Positions 1 to 10,318 of a DNA stretch of 64,000 nt are shown one piece after another. The stretch is from Spirochaetia bacterium (GTDB lineage Bacteria; Spirochaetota; Spirochaetia; DSM-2461), in assembly GCA_963666985.2 (NCBI GenBank), contig CAXXIA010000002.1, forward strand, positions 1,568,001 through 1,632,000, given 5' to 3'. The notes beneath the pieces are model-generated. The model made no database searches and was not told where the DNA came from. It was given only the letters and a program-made list of their open reading frames with translations. A program made the translations under genes and the position numbers. Position 1 is the first letter of the stretch; the number at the start of each line of letters is the position of its first letter.

Positions 1-36
1 CAAAGTCTCTCTGATCTCTCGGTCTCCACGGCGCAT
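1..36 (-). CDS. 5' end of a probable pyridoxamine 5'-phosphate oxidase/NimA-family protein (runs off window)
   Basis: Minus-strand ATG at 36 gives MRRGDREIRETL, resembling the MRRxDRE N-terminus of NimA-like flavoproteins; only 12 codons visible. Confidence 0.4.
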   Translation of the reverse strand, partial: MRRGDREIRETL

Positions 37-350
37 CGGCCGATTATCAACGATACCGGTTTACGGTTTCTTTTTGCACAATAAGGTGTTGTGACGCTCC
101 TGTCTAGTCCGGAATTTAAATTCTTGCCAATAAATGAACATCCAAAAGCCTTCATTTTGAAATAAATTTCAATAATAACGCATTTAAAACGATAAACGGC
201 CCGCGGCGCGCCGCATCTTCCCCTTTCCGGCCGCTGCGGTGTACCCTTATTACATGATTGTTTCACTTTAAGGGATACACTATCCCGTTTCGTATACTAA
301 TAAACTCACACACGAATCGCTCACACGAGTAATAAAGGAAACAATTCCAT

Positions 351-1217
351 ATGAATTCGAATAAGATCTACACGGAACTCAAAAGACTCTCGGAGAAACC
401 CGAACCTTGGTCGGTTTATACCGTTAAGACTCTTTGGAACGATCCTCACATTTCTTCAAAAATGCTTGAGTTCCATCTCGATCCGCTTTCCCATCCCGCC
501 TCGCGGCCGCATGATTTCATTGCGGCTTCCGCGGACTGGATTGTTAAGGAGTTCCGTCTCGGACCGGGACGGCGCGTCGCCGATTTCGGCTGCGGTCCCG
601 GTCTTTACACCTCCCGTTTCGCCGCCTCCGGCGCCGAGGTGACGGGCATCGATTTTTCCAGCCGGTCCATTGCCTACGCATCGAAGAAAGCCGCGGCCGA
701 CGGCCTCGGCATCAACTACATTCTCGGGAACTACCTGGAAACCGTTCCGGAAGGCTCCTTCGACCTGATTACACAAATTTATTGCGATTTCTGCGCTTTA
801 AGTCCGGACCGCAGGGCCGACCTTCTGAGCTCCTGGCGCAGCATTCTTGCCGACGACGGACGAATCCTCCTGGATGTTTTCACAGCTCCGGCCTACCGGG
901 ACCGTTCCGAAGGACTTGAGTACGCTCCGAATTTCATGGACGGATTTTGGTCGCCGAACGATTACTTCGGTTTTCGGCACACCTGGAAGTATGAGGAACT
1001 CGGCGTGGTGCTGGATAAGTACGATTTCTTCGAGTCCGACAGAACCTGGTCGGTCTTCAACTGGCTGCAGTATTTCGAAAAAGAAGCGCTGACCGCCGAG
1101 ATAGAAGCGGCAGGACTTAAGGTTCTCGGAACATACGGCGACGTAGCCGGTGCTCCGGTCTCCGAAGACGGCGGAATTCTTGCCGTTGTTATCGGGAAGC
1201 CGGATCAGGATCGTTAA
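351..1217 (+). CDS. Class I SAM-dependent methyltransferase
   Basis: Motif I VADFGCGPG, VTGIDFS, FDLI; AAGGA RBS upstream. Confidence 0.9.
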   Translation: MNSNKIYTELKRLSEKPEPWSVYTVKTLWNDPHISSKMLEFHLDPLSHPASRPHDFIAASADWIVKEFRLGPGRRVADFGCGPGLYTSRFAASGAEVTGIDFSSRSIAYASKKAAADGLGINYILGNYLETVPEGSFDLITQIYCDFCALSPDRRADLLSSWRSILADDGRILLDVFTAPAYRDRSEGLEYAPNFMDGFWSPNDYFGFRHTWKYEELGVVLDKYDFFESDRTWSVFNWLQYFEKEALTAEIEAAGLKVLGTYGDVAGAPVSEDGGILAVVIGKPDQDR

Positions 1218-1695
1218 GCGTGAGCACCCAATAACCCACGTCGATCCATCTGTTGAATTTCCGGCCGACTTCGGAAAGTCGGCCGGATTCTTGAAATCCG
1301 AAACGTTCATGCAAACGGCGGCTCGGTTCGTTGGGCAGGGCGATACACGCGACAACTGTGTGAATGCGCCGTTTACGGAGCTCTCTGAGCAGCCTTTCGT
1401 AAAGCGCGTTCCCCACCCCGTGACCGCGGCAATCTTCGCGAATATAAACCGACACTTCCACGGTTTTATCGTAGGCCTTTCTCGAATGCCATCGGGATGC
1501 GTATGCGTACCCCTCAAGTTCATTGTCGTTTTCCATGACGAAGTAAGGATAGTCGGCGGAAATCGATTTAATGCGTCTTTTCATCTCTTCGACAGACGGC
1601 GGTTCGAGTTCAAAAGAAATGTCGGTATTCCGGACATAGGGTGAATAGATGGAAAGGATCGCCGAGGCGTCTTCCGGGACTGCGAAGCGTACCAT
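1189..1695 (-). CDS. GNAT N-acetyltransferase, phosphinothricin acetyltransferase-like
   Basis: ISFELEPPS, EVSVYI, RGHGVG, NEPSRRLHERFGF, VGRKFNRWIDV; start moved to ATG 1695 preceded by GGAGG. Confidence 0.9.
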   Translation of the reverse strand: MVRFAVPEDASAILSIYSPYVRNTDISFELEPPSVEEMKRRIKSISADYPYFVMENDNELEGYAYASRWHSRKAYDKTVEVSVYIREDCRGHGVGNALYERLLRELRKRRIHTVVACIALPNEPSRRLHERFGFQESGRLSEVGRKFNRWIDVGYWVLTLNDPDPASR

Positions 1696-1771
1696 GCCTC
1701 CGATATTGGTCAAAATCGGCAAAAGGGAAAAGAGGCGGCGATCCCATCCTGCTTACGGCAGGGCCGGATTT

Positions 1772-3241
1772 CTACCTTTTTCCGCTCCGGGCTCTTTGAT
1801 CGGACGTTCTTCCGCCGGAACGAGGGGAAACGGATCCCTTTTTCGAAAAATTTTTCGGCTGACGGTATCCGCCGGAGCCGCCGTTCCTTTCGGAAGACCG
1901 GCCTGAATCGGTGCGCTGTCCGCCGGAGGGCCGCCCGGCCGGCCGTTTTTCATTCAGTTTTCTACTCTGTCCGCCGCTTTTCGGCCCGGAAGTCATCGGA
2001 AACGATTCAAGCGGTTCAAAGCCGGGAATCGTTCGGCGATCCACGGTCTTTCCGATAAGCTTTTCAATATCGCGAAGCTGTTTTATCTCCTCAAGGCAAA
2101 CCAGGGAAAGCGCCGTTCCTTGAGCTCCGGCCCGGCCGGTTCGTCCGATGCGGTGAACATAGTCCTCGGAAACATTCGGCAGATCATAATTTACAACATG
2201 GGAAAGCTGGCTGATATCCAACCCCCGAGCGGCGATGTCGGTAGCCACGAGAATGCGGAGCTTTCCCGATTTAAAGTCGCCGAGGGCCCGGGTTCGGGCG
2301 TTTTGACTCTTATTGCCGTGGATGGCCGTTGCCTGTATACCCGTCTTTTCAAGCTTCTGGGCAATTCGGTTCGCTCCGTGCTTGGTTCGGCTGAACACAA
2401 GAGCCTGATACCAATTTTCCTCATTTATAAGATGAATAAGCAAATCGGTTTTCCGTTCTTTTTCCGTGGGGACAATCCATTGCCGAACGGTATCCACCGT
2501 CGAATTCATGGGCGAGACCGAGATTTCAACCGGATTGTGCAGGATTCCCCTGGCGAGGCTGCGAATCTCGTCGGAGAAGGTCGCGGAAAACATCAGATTC
2601 TGTCTTTTCTCGGGAAGGATGCGTAAAATCTTCCGGATATCGTGGATAAAACCCATATCCAGCATGCGGTCGGCTTCATCCAAAACCAGAATCTCCACGT
2701 GTGATAAATCAACCGCTCCCTGTCCGTGGAGGTCCAAAAGCCGCCCGGGGGTTGCCACTAGAATATCCACTCCGCGGCGGAGTTTTTCAATCTGAGGATT
2801 AATCTTTACACCGCCGAAAACGACCGCCGCCTGAAGCGGAAGATTTCCGCCGTATGTCCGGACGCTCTGTTCCACCTGTGCGGCAAGCTCGCGGGTGGGT
2901 GTGATGATCAGCGCCCGGATGATTCTGTTCCGTGCTTCTCTTTTTCTCACGGAATTGTGATCCGCTCGGCCGCGGGTATCCGATTCCGGATCAGCGATAT
3001 TCCCGGAAAGACGCTGAAGAATAGGCAGGGTGAAACCGGCGGTTTTTCCCGTTCCGGTCTGCGCCGCCGCCATCACGTCCCGACCGTTCAAAATCGGCGG
3101 AACGGCTTGAGCCTGAATCGGTGTGGGATGCTCGTATCCTTGACCGGCAACGGCGTTCAGAAGCGGCATGGATAGACCGAGATGTTCAAAACGGACACCG
3201 GCGGCCCCGTTATGGGAAGAGGAGTTCTGATTGTTCTGCAT
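1772..3241 (-). CDS. rhlE: DEAD-box ATP-dependent RNA helicase (RhlE-like)
   Basis: Q motif [44 protein letters not shown]; basic Gly/Arg-rich tail. Confidence 0.9.
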   Translation of the reverse strand: MQNNQNSSSHNGAAGVRFEHLGLSMPLLNAVAGQGYEHPTPIQAQAVPPILNGRDVMAAAQTGTGKTAGFTLPILQRLSGNIADPESDTRGRADHNSVRKREARNRIIRALIITPTRELAAQVEQSVRTYGGNLPLQAAVVFGGVKINPQIEKLRRGVDILVATPGRLLDLHGQGAVDLSHVEILVLDEADRMLDMGFIHDIRKILRILPEKRQNLMFSATFSDEIRSLARGILHNPVEISVSPMNSTVDTVRQWIVPTEKERKTDLLIHLINEENWYQALVFSRTKHGANRIAQKLEKTGIQATAIHGNKSQNARTRALGDFKSGKLRILVATDIAARGLDISQLSHVVNYDLPNVSEDYVHRIGRTGRAGAQGTALSLVCLEEIKQLRDIEKLIGKTVDRRTIPGFEPLESFPMTSGPKSGGQSRKLNEKRPAGRPSGGQRTDSGRSSERNGGSGGYRQPKNFSKKGSVSPRSGGRTSDQRARSGKR

Positions 3242-3466
3242 GTAAATATGGAAAGCATCGCAGCCGAAGGCGATGCGGTTCTTGTCCTATTGTTTTTATG
3301 GAGCGAAAACTGCGGCTCGCACGGTAAAAGGTGCGAAACGGTCGGCTTGAATCCGCGCCGCACCCTACCACGAATGAAGAGAAGTGGAAAGCCCATTGAA
3401 TTATTAAATCTCGTTATTCGGAGAGGACGTATGAAGTCGGTGTTCGAAAAGCGCCGATAGCGGGAT

Positions 3467-4132
3467 TCACTCGGCTTGCCGAACGAAAGGATCGACAAAA
3501 TGGAAATACTTCAAACAAAACTTAATGACTAAGCCGACACCGAAAGCCGCCAGAACGGTCCCCTCGCGAATACCCAGAATCTTTCCGGAAAAAATCAGCC
3601 CGACGGCCAGACTGATCGCGACGAGAGTGCAGTCATTCATAATCTTAATCTTCCCGAAGTCGGTCTTAACCGCTTCCGCGATTGCCTTAACCATGCCCTC
3701 TCCCGCAACCATCAGAACATTGCCCTTTATTTCAAGGAACATTCCGAAACCGACCATAAAGGTGCTTATACAAAAAAGAATCACCTGCTGAAAATAATTT
3801 CCGGGGGTCAGATCCTTTACAATAATCAGGGCGAGATCGATCACAAGTCCGAGAACAACGGCTACGGCTATCTGCAGAAGCTGATGGAGCTGATAGTTCC
3901 TGCGGTAAATGAAGATCTGCACCAGTACGAAGATAACGTGCATCATCATGGTGTACTGGCCTACGGTGAAAAAATCGTTGGTCAGGTTCAAGACATAGGG
4001 CAGGCAGGAAATGGGGGATATCCCCATGTTGGCCTTTATTGAGAAAGCAACCCCGAAGGACATTATTACCAGTCCGCAGGTTAATATCAAATATCGGTGA
4101 ATATAATTGCGTAAAGTGTTGTCGAGTGTCAT
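3467..4132 (-). CDS. YczE/YitT-like (DUF6198) integral membrane protein
   Basis: Multi-TM; A-NMGISPIS-LPY, GEGMV-AI, FGKIK-D, GIREGT motifs. Confidence 0.8.
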   Translation of the reverse strand: MTLDNTLRNYIHRYLILTCGLVIMSFGVAFSIKANMGISPISCLPYVLNLTNDFFTVGQYTMMMHVIFVLVQIFIYRRNYQLHQLLQIAVAVVLGLVIDLALIIVKDLTPGNYFQQVILFCISTFMVGFGMFLEIKGNVLMVAGEGMVKAIAEAVKTDFGKIKIMNDCTLVAISLAVGLIFSGKILGIREGTVLAAFGVGLVIKFCLKYFHFVDPFVRQAE

Positions 4133-4252
4133 AAATTCTTCTCCGGAAGGGGAATGGTATTCTTCTTTTTTTAATTATGGAAGGCACCGCGGCCGAAGAT
4201 GATGCGCCTCCCATCGACGTGCCGTTTTGGAACGGAGTAGTATTTCCGGGTT

Positions 4253-5147
4253 ATGAAAAACGCTCGGGATCACAAAAACCGAAGACGCCTGCCGGCATTT
4301 TTGATACCGATCGCGGCCGTTATCCTTCTTGCGGCCGGCCGCCGGTATTGGAATCAAGAACTTCACGGCCTCTCTTTATGAACCGGCTCCCGTTCCCCCC
4401 GCGGAAGGGACGAAACACACCGTTCTGTGTCTGGGCGACAGCCTGACCCGCGGGAACTGCAGCGCGAGCTATACCGAGGAACTCTCCACGCGTTTCGAGA
4501 AAAGCGGAATCCGCGTGGTGAACGGCGGTATTAACGGCGACATGGTTCATGATGTTCTGGCGCGTTTGAACGGCGTATTGGCGGCCGCTCCTTCACCCGA
4601 TGCAATCACGATTCTCATCGGAACCAACGACGCCAATTCCACTTTGGATCCGAATGTCGCTCAAAGGGCCCTTGAAAACCCCGCGGCGGGGAGGATTCCG
4701 GTGGAACCCGTGTACAGAGCCTTGTACGCGGAACTGATCGAAAGACTCAAGAAAGATACCGATGCTCCGATTATCCTTATTTCCATTCCGCCCATCGGCG
4801 AAGTGCCCGGCAGCGCCGAATGGAACCGATCCGCGGAATACGCCGCGGCCGTTCGGGAAATCGCAGCGGCCGAAAGCTGCGACTATGTTCCCTTCTTCGA
4901 GATGCTTTCGGCCCGTATTCTGGAAAATCCGCCCAACCCCGAGTCGTTTCCGAATCATGAAGAATGGTCCAAGGGGATGCGGTCGGCCGTCTTACGAAGG
5001 CATGTTCTGGGCGAGGATTACGATACGATCGGAGCCGTCCGCGGCTATCGTTATCACTCGGATCAGCTTCATCTGAACGAAGATGCGATTCTCATCCTCG
5101 CCGATGCGCTGGAACCGGTTATCCGCAAGGCGATCGCGGCGAAGTAA
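4253..5147 (+). pseudogene. SGNH/GDSL esterase with apparent +1 frameshift near 4337 (real mutation or sequencing error)
   Basis: GDSLT, GING, IGTND, DQLH blocks in ORF 4329-5147; removing one G at 4337 joins an upstream ATG 4253 N-terminal anchor/signal segment in frame. Confidence 0.65.
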
Positions 5148-5205
5148 GAACCGGCCGGGGGAAAGCGCCCCTTGACCGCAAGCCCGATGCGGATGATTTT
5201 TTAAT

Positions 5206-5234
5206 TTGCCAACGGCGCTTCAGCCCTCTACCAT
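5206..5234 (+). promoter_or_regulatory. sigma70-type promoter, leaderless arrangement
   Basis: TTGCCA-17bp-TACCAT, ATG 6 nt downstream, no SD. Confidence 0.6.
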
Positions 5235-5240
5235 CAAGCA

Positions 5241-6674
5241 ATGGACAAACTGCGGACTCGTACAAAAATCATCTTCGGTTCCGCCGACCTCTTCGGCGGC
5301 GGCGCTTTCAATCTTATCGGATTCTATTATCTGATTTTCCTAACCGACGTTCTCCAGATTTCCCCGGCCTTGGCAGGCTTGGTGGTTTCGGTCAGCAAAC
5401 TTTGGGATGCCGTTTCCGACCCGCTCATGGGCGTTCTAACCGACAGAACGCGAACCCGAATCGGCCGGCGACGGCCCTATTTTTTCGCCGCCGTCTTAAC
5501 GGTTTTCATCGCCGTGTTCGTCCTCTGGTATCCGGCGGATTTCGCCGCGGAATCCTCACGGTTCGCTTATGCCATCATTTCCTACCTCATTTTTTCCACG
5601 GTAAGCACGTCGGTGATGATTCCCTACCTCTCCATGCAGCCGGAGCTTACGCCGGACTACCAGGAGAGAACCTCCCTGAACGTCTTTAAAATGTCTTTCT
5701 CCTTCCTCGGAGGCATCATCGCGGCCCTGGTTCCGATGCGCATCATCGGGGCTTTCCAAGATATCCGTGAGGGATGGACCGCGATGGCCCTTATCTTCGC
5801 CGTATTCTATGCTCTGCCGTGGTTGGGACTCGCGCTGCACCTTAAGGAACGCGACAACCGGTCGGATCCGAAGCCGCCGAAATTCAGCGTTTCGGATTTC
5901 ATCGCGCCGCTGAAAATCCGCACCTTCCGCATTCTCATCGGCATCTACCTCGGCGCTTTTCTCACCATGGATATCATGTCCGCGGTCATTGCCTATTTCA
6001 TGACCTATGTGTACGGCCGTCCCGATCAGCTGAGCACCCTCTTGGGATCTTTGATTATCAGCCAGCTTATCTTCCTCCCCGTTATCGGCCGGCTGACCAA
6101 ACGCTGGGACAAGAACCGAATCCTCATTGTCTGCGCCGCCGTTTGGATTGTTTCTGTTTCCATCATCGCCTTTATGCCCGCAAGTGCGCCGATGGGTGTG
6201 CTGATCGCTCTGGCCGTCGTGACCGGTTTCGGCGTTTGCGGTTCCATGGTACTTCCCTGGACCATGTACCCGGATACGACGGACATCGGCCGACTCACAA
6301 CGGGCCGCGACGGAGCGGGCAGTTTCAGCGGCCTGATGACCTTCTTCCGTAAAGCGGCCCAGGCACTCGCTCTTTTCCTTGTCGGGTTCTTTCTGCAGAT
6401 GGCCGGATACGTCAAACCGATTCGAACCGTCGTGGACGGAGTCACCAAAAATACCAATCAGCCTCAGGGCGATACGGTTCTGCTGACCATCCGCATCCTT
6501 CTCTGCCTGATGCCGGCTTTGATGCTCATCCTCGTCATTTTTCTCAGCCGCCGTTATCCGCTTGGCCGGGAAGCTCATGGCCGCTTGAAAGCGTTCCTTG
6601 AGAAACGGGCCGAGAGGACTGTTGATGAAGCCGACGCCGCTGAAGAACAGGCGCTCCGGGAAATGCTGGTCTGA
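5241..6674 (+). CDS. GPH-family (MFS_2) glycoside:cation symporter, UidB/MelB-like
   Basis: WDAVSDPLMG-LTDRTRTRIGRRRP, ELTPDYQERT; ~12 TM; directly upstream of a GH2 gene. Confidence 0.9.
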   Translation: MDKLRTRTKIIFGSADLFGGGAFNLIGFYYLIFLTDVLQISPALAGLVVSVSKLWDAVSDPLMGVLTDRTRTRIGRRRPYFFAAVLTVFIAVFVLWYPADFAAESSRFAYAIISYLIFSTVSTSVMIPYLSMQPELTPDYQERTSLNVFKMSFSFLGGIIAALVPMRIIGAFQDIREGWTAMALIFAVFYALPWLGLALHLKERDNRSDPKPPKFSVSDFIAPLKIRTFRILIGIYLGAFLTMDIMSAVIAYFMTYVYGRPDQLSTLLGSLIISQLIFLPVIGRLTKRWDKNRILIVCAAVWIVSVSIIAFMPASAPMGVLIALAVVTGFGVCGSMVLPWTMYPDTTDIGRLTTGRDGAGSFSGLMTFFRKAAQALALFLVGFFLQMAGYVKPIRTVVDGVTKNTNQPQGDTVLLTIRILLCLMPALMLILVIFLSRRYPLGREAHGRLKAFLEKRAERTVDEADAAEEQALREMLV

Positions 6675-9019
6675 TGCCCGCTCTCGCCGTCATTCTTATC
6701 ATCGCCGCGGTTCTCATTCTTCTTCCGGCTCTTGCGGTACTTCTGCTTTTTTACCCGCTTCGGCGGCTGAATCCAAACCGTGTTCCGAATACCGTCGGAG
6801 AAGATATAGTCGGCGCCGTGCCCTATTCGGTTGAAACAACGGGCGGCATTCCCTGGCTTTCGGTAAACGGAATGCCTTATCCGGGTTCTTTTGCCCGGAC
6901 CGATCGCCGCCGCTTTTCCCTGAACGGTGCCTGGCTTCTTCGGGAAGATCCCGAAGACCGCGGTACGGCCGAAGGCTGGTTTGCGGCCGATCTTTGGACC
7001 ATTCGCGCCGCGGCGAATGAAGCCCGCGGTATAAACACGACCGCGGCGGATGCCGCCGCCGGAATAAGCGCCGCCGATGCCGCCGGCCTTGGCGGCGCGG
7101 AATGGAAAGCCGTTACCGTACCCTCAGCCTACAATCCCGCCGCGGGGAATCATACCGACTATCTCGGATCGCTCTGGTACAGAAAACCATTTACGGCCGC
7201 GGAACTCGGCGTAAGCGCCGCGCCGCAAAAACGGCGGCTCCGCCTCTGCTTCGAAGGCATCCTCCTTCGGGGAAATGTTTGGCTGAACGGTGAAAAACTC
7301 GGCTCTTTCGAAGGCGGCTACACGCCGCTGTTTTTCGATATCACGGAGAGAATCGCCGAAGAAAACACCCTGACGGTCCGATGCGACAACCGGCTCACCC
7401 TCGATTCCCTTCCGCCGCACCTGCTTGAGGGTCACAAACCCGGATGGCATACCTACGCCGGAGTCTACAGATCGGTTTTCATTGAGGAACTGCCGGAAAC
7501 ATCCGTGGTAAAAGCGCAGATTCGGACACGGTTCGACGAATCGGGCGGCGGCTCCATGACCGTTCAGGTTCTGGGGTGGTCCGCTCAACCCGGCGGCCAA
7601 AGCGATGGGAACGCGGGGCAAGCGCCGTCACAGGGCAACGGCGGCCTTACCGGAAACACATCGGCCGGGCCGAACGCACAGAACGCGCAAAATGCCGACC
7701 TCCGTGCAAATAAGGCAACCGCGCCGAACGGACAATACGCAAACGCCGCAAGTACCGCTGCTCCGCTCCTTCGTTTTACCCTGAAAGACCCCGACGGAAA
7801 CATCGTCGGTGAAAACACTCCCGATTCCTCCGGCATAAACGGCCCCGGAGGTACAACAGCCTGGAAGGCCGAATTTCCGCTGAAGGACATCCTCCGATGG
7901 ACGCCGACTCCGGAAAAACAAACTCTCTACGAACTCAATGTGGAACTGTGCCGGGGCGGAGATGTCGACCGTGTCGTTCTGAAACCGGGACTCCGGGAAT
8001 TTTCCGCAGAAAAAGATGAATTGCGCCTGAACGGAGACCCCATTTTTCTCAAAGGAATCGGCCGGCACGAGGATCATCCCGAGTACGGCGCCACTCAGCC
8101 GCCGGAAGTCATCGCCGACGACATCAAACTCATCACCGGTATGAACGCCAACTACGTGCGGCTGACGCATTACCCTCATTGCCGGGAAGAACTCGACTCT
8201 TTGTCCGCCGAGGGACTTCTTTTCAGTGAAGAGATTCCCCTTTACCAGGCGGGTATGGGATTTACGGCCTGGGTTCAGGAAAAACGTCCGCTCCGGGAAT
8301 TCCCGCTCGGTACCTTCGGCCTCCGTCAGCTTGCCCGCCGGGGGCTGCTGGCCAACGCCCGCCGTCAGCTGATTGAAATGATTGAACGGGACAGACATTC
8401 CCCGGCGCTCCTCTTCTGGAGTCTGGCGAATGAATGCTACACGCTGGGAAACCGTTCCGCCCGAATCTACTCCTGGCTCGCGCGGACGGCGAAGCTTTTC
8501 GATCCGGAGCGGCCGGTCACGGTCGTGGAAGCCACGTATGCGCGATTGGGACTGGACGGCCTGCGCCGAGGCTGGAGAGCCGCCGATATCCTGTCGGTCA
8601 ATTCGTACTACGGCTGGTACTTCGGCAGCATTGAAGACGTTCCCGGCTACCTGGACGGATTACGGCGCCGCTGGCCCGGCCATCCCTTCCTGCTCTCGGA
8701 ATTCGGCGCGGGCGCGGCGCCGGGAAGAAGCGACGCCGACGGAGAATGGCGGGGTGAACGCATTGAAATAAAGCAAACCTATTCCGAGGAATACCAGGAA
8801 CGGGTTTTAAAGGCTTATTGGCTTGCGGCGAAGGAACGCCCTTGGGTGGCCGGATATACTCCCTGGGTTTTCGCCGATTTCTACAACATCTGGTTCCCCG
8901 GAAATCCGGTGCCCAACTACAACCTGAAGGGCGTGGTTTCCCGGGAGAGAAAGCCGAAGAAATCCTGGTACGCGCTTAAAGAATTGTACAAAGAAAAACG
9001 GGAGAAGACGAATGGGTGA
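6674..9019 (+). CDS. Glycoside hydrolase family 2, probable beta-glucuronidase with N-terminal membrane anchor
   Basis: EGGYTP, KGIGRHED, RLTHYP, WSLANE (acid/base), NSYYGWY, LSEFGA (nucleophile), NLKG glucuronide motif; hydrophobic first ~28 aa. Confidence 0.85.
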   Translation: MPALAVILIIAAVLILLPALAVLLLFYPLRRLNPNRVPNTVGEDIVGAVPYSVETTGGIPWLSVNGMPYPGSFARTDRRRFSLNGAWLLREDPEDRGTAEGWFAADLWTIRAAANEARGINTTAADAAAGISAADAAGLGGAEWKAVTVPSAYNPAAGNHTDYLGSLWYRKPFTAAELGVSAAPQKRRLRLCFEGILLRGNVWLNGEKLGSFEGGYTPLFFDITERIAEENTLTVRCDNRLTLDSLPPHLLEGHKPGWHTYAGVYRSVFIEELPETSVVKAQIRTRFDESGGGSMTVQVLGWSAQPGGQSDGNAGQAPSQGNGGLTGNTSAGPNAQNAQNADLRANKATAPNGQYANAASTAAPLLRFTLKDPDGNIVGENTPDSSGINGPGGTTAWKAEFPLKDILRWTPTPEKQTLYELNVELCRGGDVDRVVLKPGLREFSAEKDELRLNGDPIFLKGIGRHEDHPEYGATQPPEVIADDIKLITGMNANYVRLTHYPHCREELDSLSAEGLLFSEEIPLYQAGMGFTAWVQEKRPLREFPLGTFGLRQLARRGLLANARRQLIEMIERDRHSPALLFWSLANECYTLGNRSARIYSWLARTAKLFDPERPVTVVEATYARLGLDGLRRGWRAADILSVNSYYGWYFGSIEDVPGYLDGLRRRWPGHPFLLSEFGAGAAPGRSDADGEWRGERIEIKQTYSEEYQERVLKAYWLAAKERPWVAGYTPWVFADFYNIWFPGNPVPNYNLKGVVSRERKPKKSWYALKELYKEKREKTNG

Positions 9020-10016
9020 CTCCTTCGATTTCCGTCCTTTCGAATCTATGTATGAAGAATGGGAGGAAGGATTCCGCTCCGGGAACAATCCGGGAGAGTT
9101 CAGCTACCGCCGCGGCGGCCCGACCAGTCTGTACGGAAGTGCGGACATGGTGTTCAATCGATACATTCTCGGCCGAATGCCGAACGGGGACGGCGGAATC
9201 GCTTGGGCTTCGGTGATCAACAGGTTTCAAAACCCCAAAACCGGCTGGTACAAAAAGCGCTACACGTTCCACTTCCGCTCTCATACCGCCGCGTACGCCG
9301 TCGCCGCGCTCAGGCTCCTCGGCCACGCCCCCGCCCATCCGGTCCGGAAAGCCGAACGCGCGGCCCGCAGCCGCCGGTCGGTGGAACGATGGCTCACCCG
9401 CGTACCCTGGTCGATTATCTGGCCGGGCTCGCACGAGGTGGCGGGAATCCCGGCGATTCGCCTGATGACGGGGCAACCGGGAGATGGAACGGAAGAGTTC
9501 CTGGAAAACTGGAAAAGCTGGCTTGATGCGCGCGTCCATCCCGAAACCGGATTCTGGTCCCGGGGACTCATGCAGAAACTGAAACTCCGGGGCACGCTGA
9601 CCAAGGAAGAAATGGGCGGCGCGTTCCACATGTATTTTATTTACGAAGCGATGGGCCGGCCCTGGCCGCTTCCGGAAAAAATCGTCGACGCGACGCTCAG
9701 TCTGCAAAACGAAAACGGATTCTGGGACAAGGATGTATCCTACTGCATCGACCTGGACGGCATCTACTGCCTGACGCGCAGCAGCCGGAACGCCGGAAGA
9801 TACCGGGCCAAGGATGTCGAGGCCGCCTGCAGGCGCTATCTGAAACGGGCCGAAGCCACCCTCAACGACCGCGCGTTCCTTTTCGGGCGCTACGATAACT
9901 CGCACCGGCTGCCCGGGGCACTGGCAGCCGTGGCCGAATGCGCCCTTTTTTATCCGGATATGGTTAAGAGCATGACCCCCTGGCGCCAATCCCTGGATGC
10001 CGCCTGTTTTATCTGA
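9012..10016 (+). CDS. Hypothetical protein with prenyltransferase/squalene-cyclase-like QW repeats (probable alpha/alpha toroid)
   Basis: FQNPKTGWY, RVHPETGFW, LQNENGFW; overlaps GH2 stop by 8 nt. Confidence 0.6.
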   Translation: MGDSFDFRPFESMYEEWEEGFRSGNNPGEFSYRRGGPTSLYGSADMVFNRYILGRMPNGDGGIAWASVINRFQNPKTGWYKKRYTFHFRSHTAAYAVAALRLLGHAPAHPVRKAERAARSRRSVERWLTRVPWSIIWPGSHEVAGIPAIRLMTGQPGDGTEEFLENWKSWLDARVHPETGFWSRGLMQKLKLRGTLTKEEMGGAFHMYFIYEAMGRPWPLPEKIVDATLSLQNENGFWDKDVSYCIDLDGIYCLTRSSRNAGRYRAKDVEAACRRYLKRAEATLNDRAFLFGRYDNSHRLPGALAAVAECALFYPDMVKSMTPWRQSLDAACFI

Positions 10017-10318
10017 AGAGGCCGTACCCGGCACGGGGGAGAGAGCCCACCGGCAAGACTGCGGCGACCGGCCGTCTGAAAGCGCCTATGCGCGCCGCCC
10101 GGCCAATGCGGTGCACGAAGCGATGCTCCGATAATACCGGCTGAGTAAGGCGACATCCCCGCCGCTTTTCTCATGCGCCCTCCAAAGCGGCGGCGCTCCG
10201 GTAACACCGACAGCGGAATTTGCTCAAAGCACCTCCGCCGCCTATTCACACACACCCGACACCCATTAAACGGCGCACCGCTGTCATCCGGAACCGCTCA
10301 CATGCTATAACGAACACC

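Noticed and set aside
10017..10318. ncRNA or riboswitch upstream of the TSUP gene
   Set aside because: Only one clear stem (CCGCCGCTTT/AAAGCGGCGG), no recognisable motif, and the likely promoter lies downstream of it
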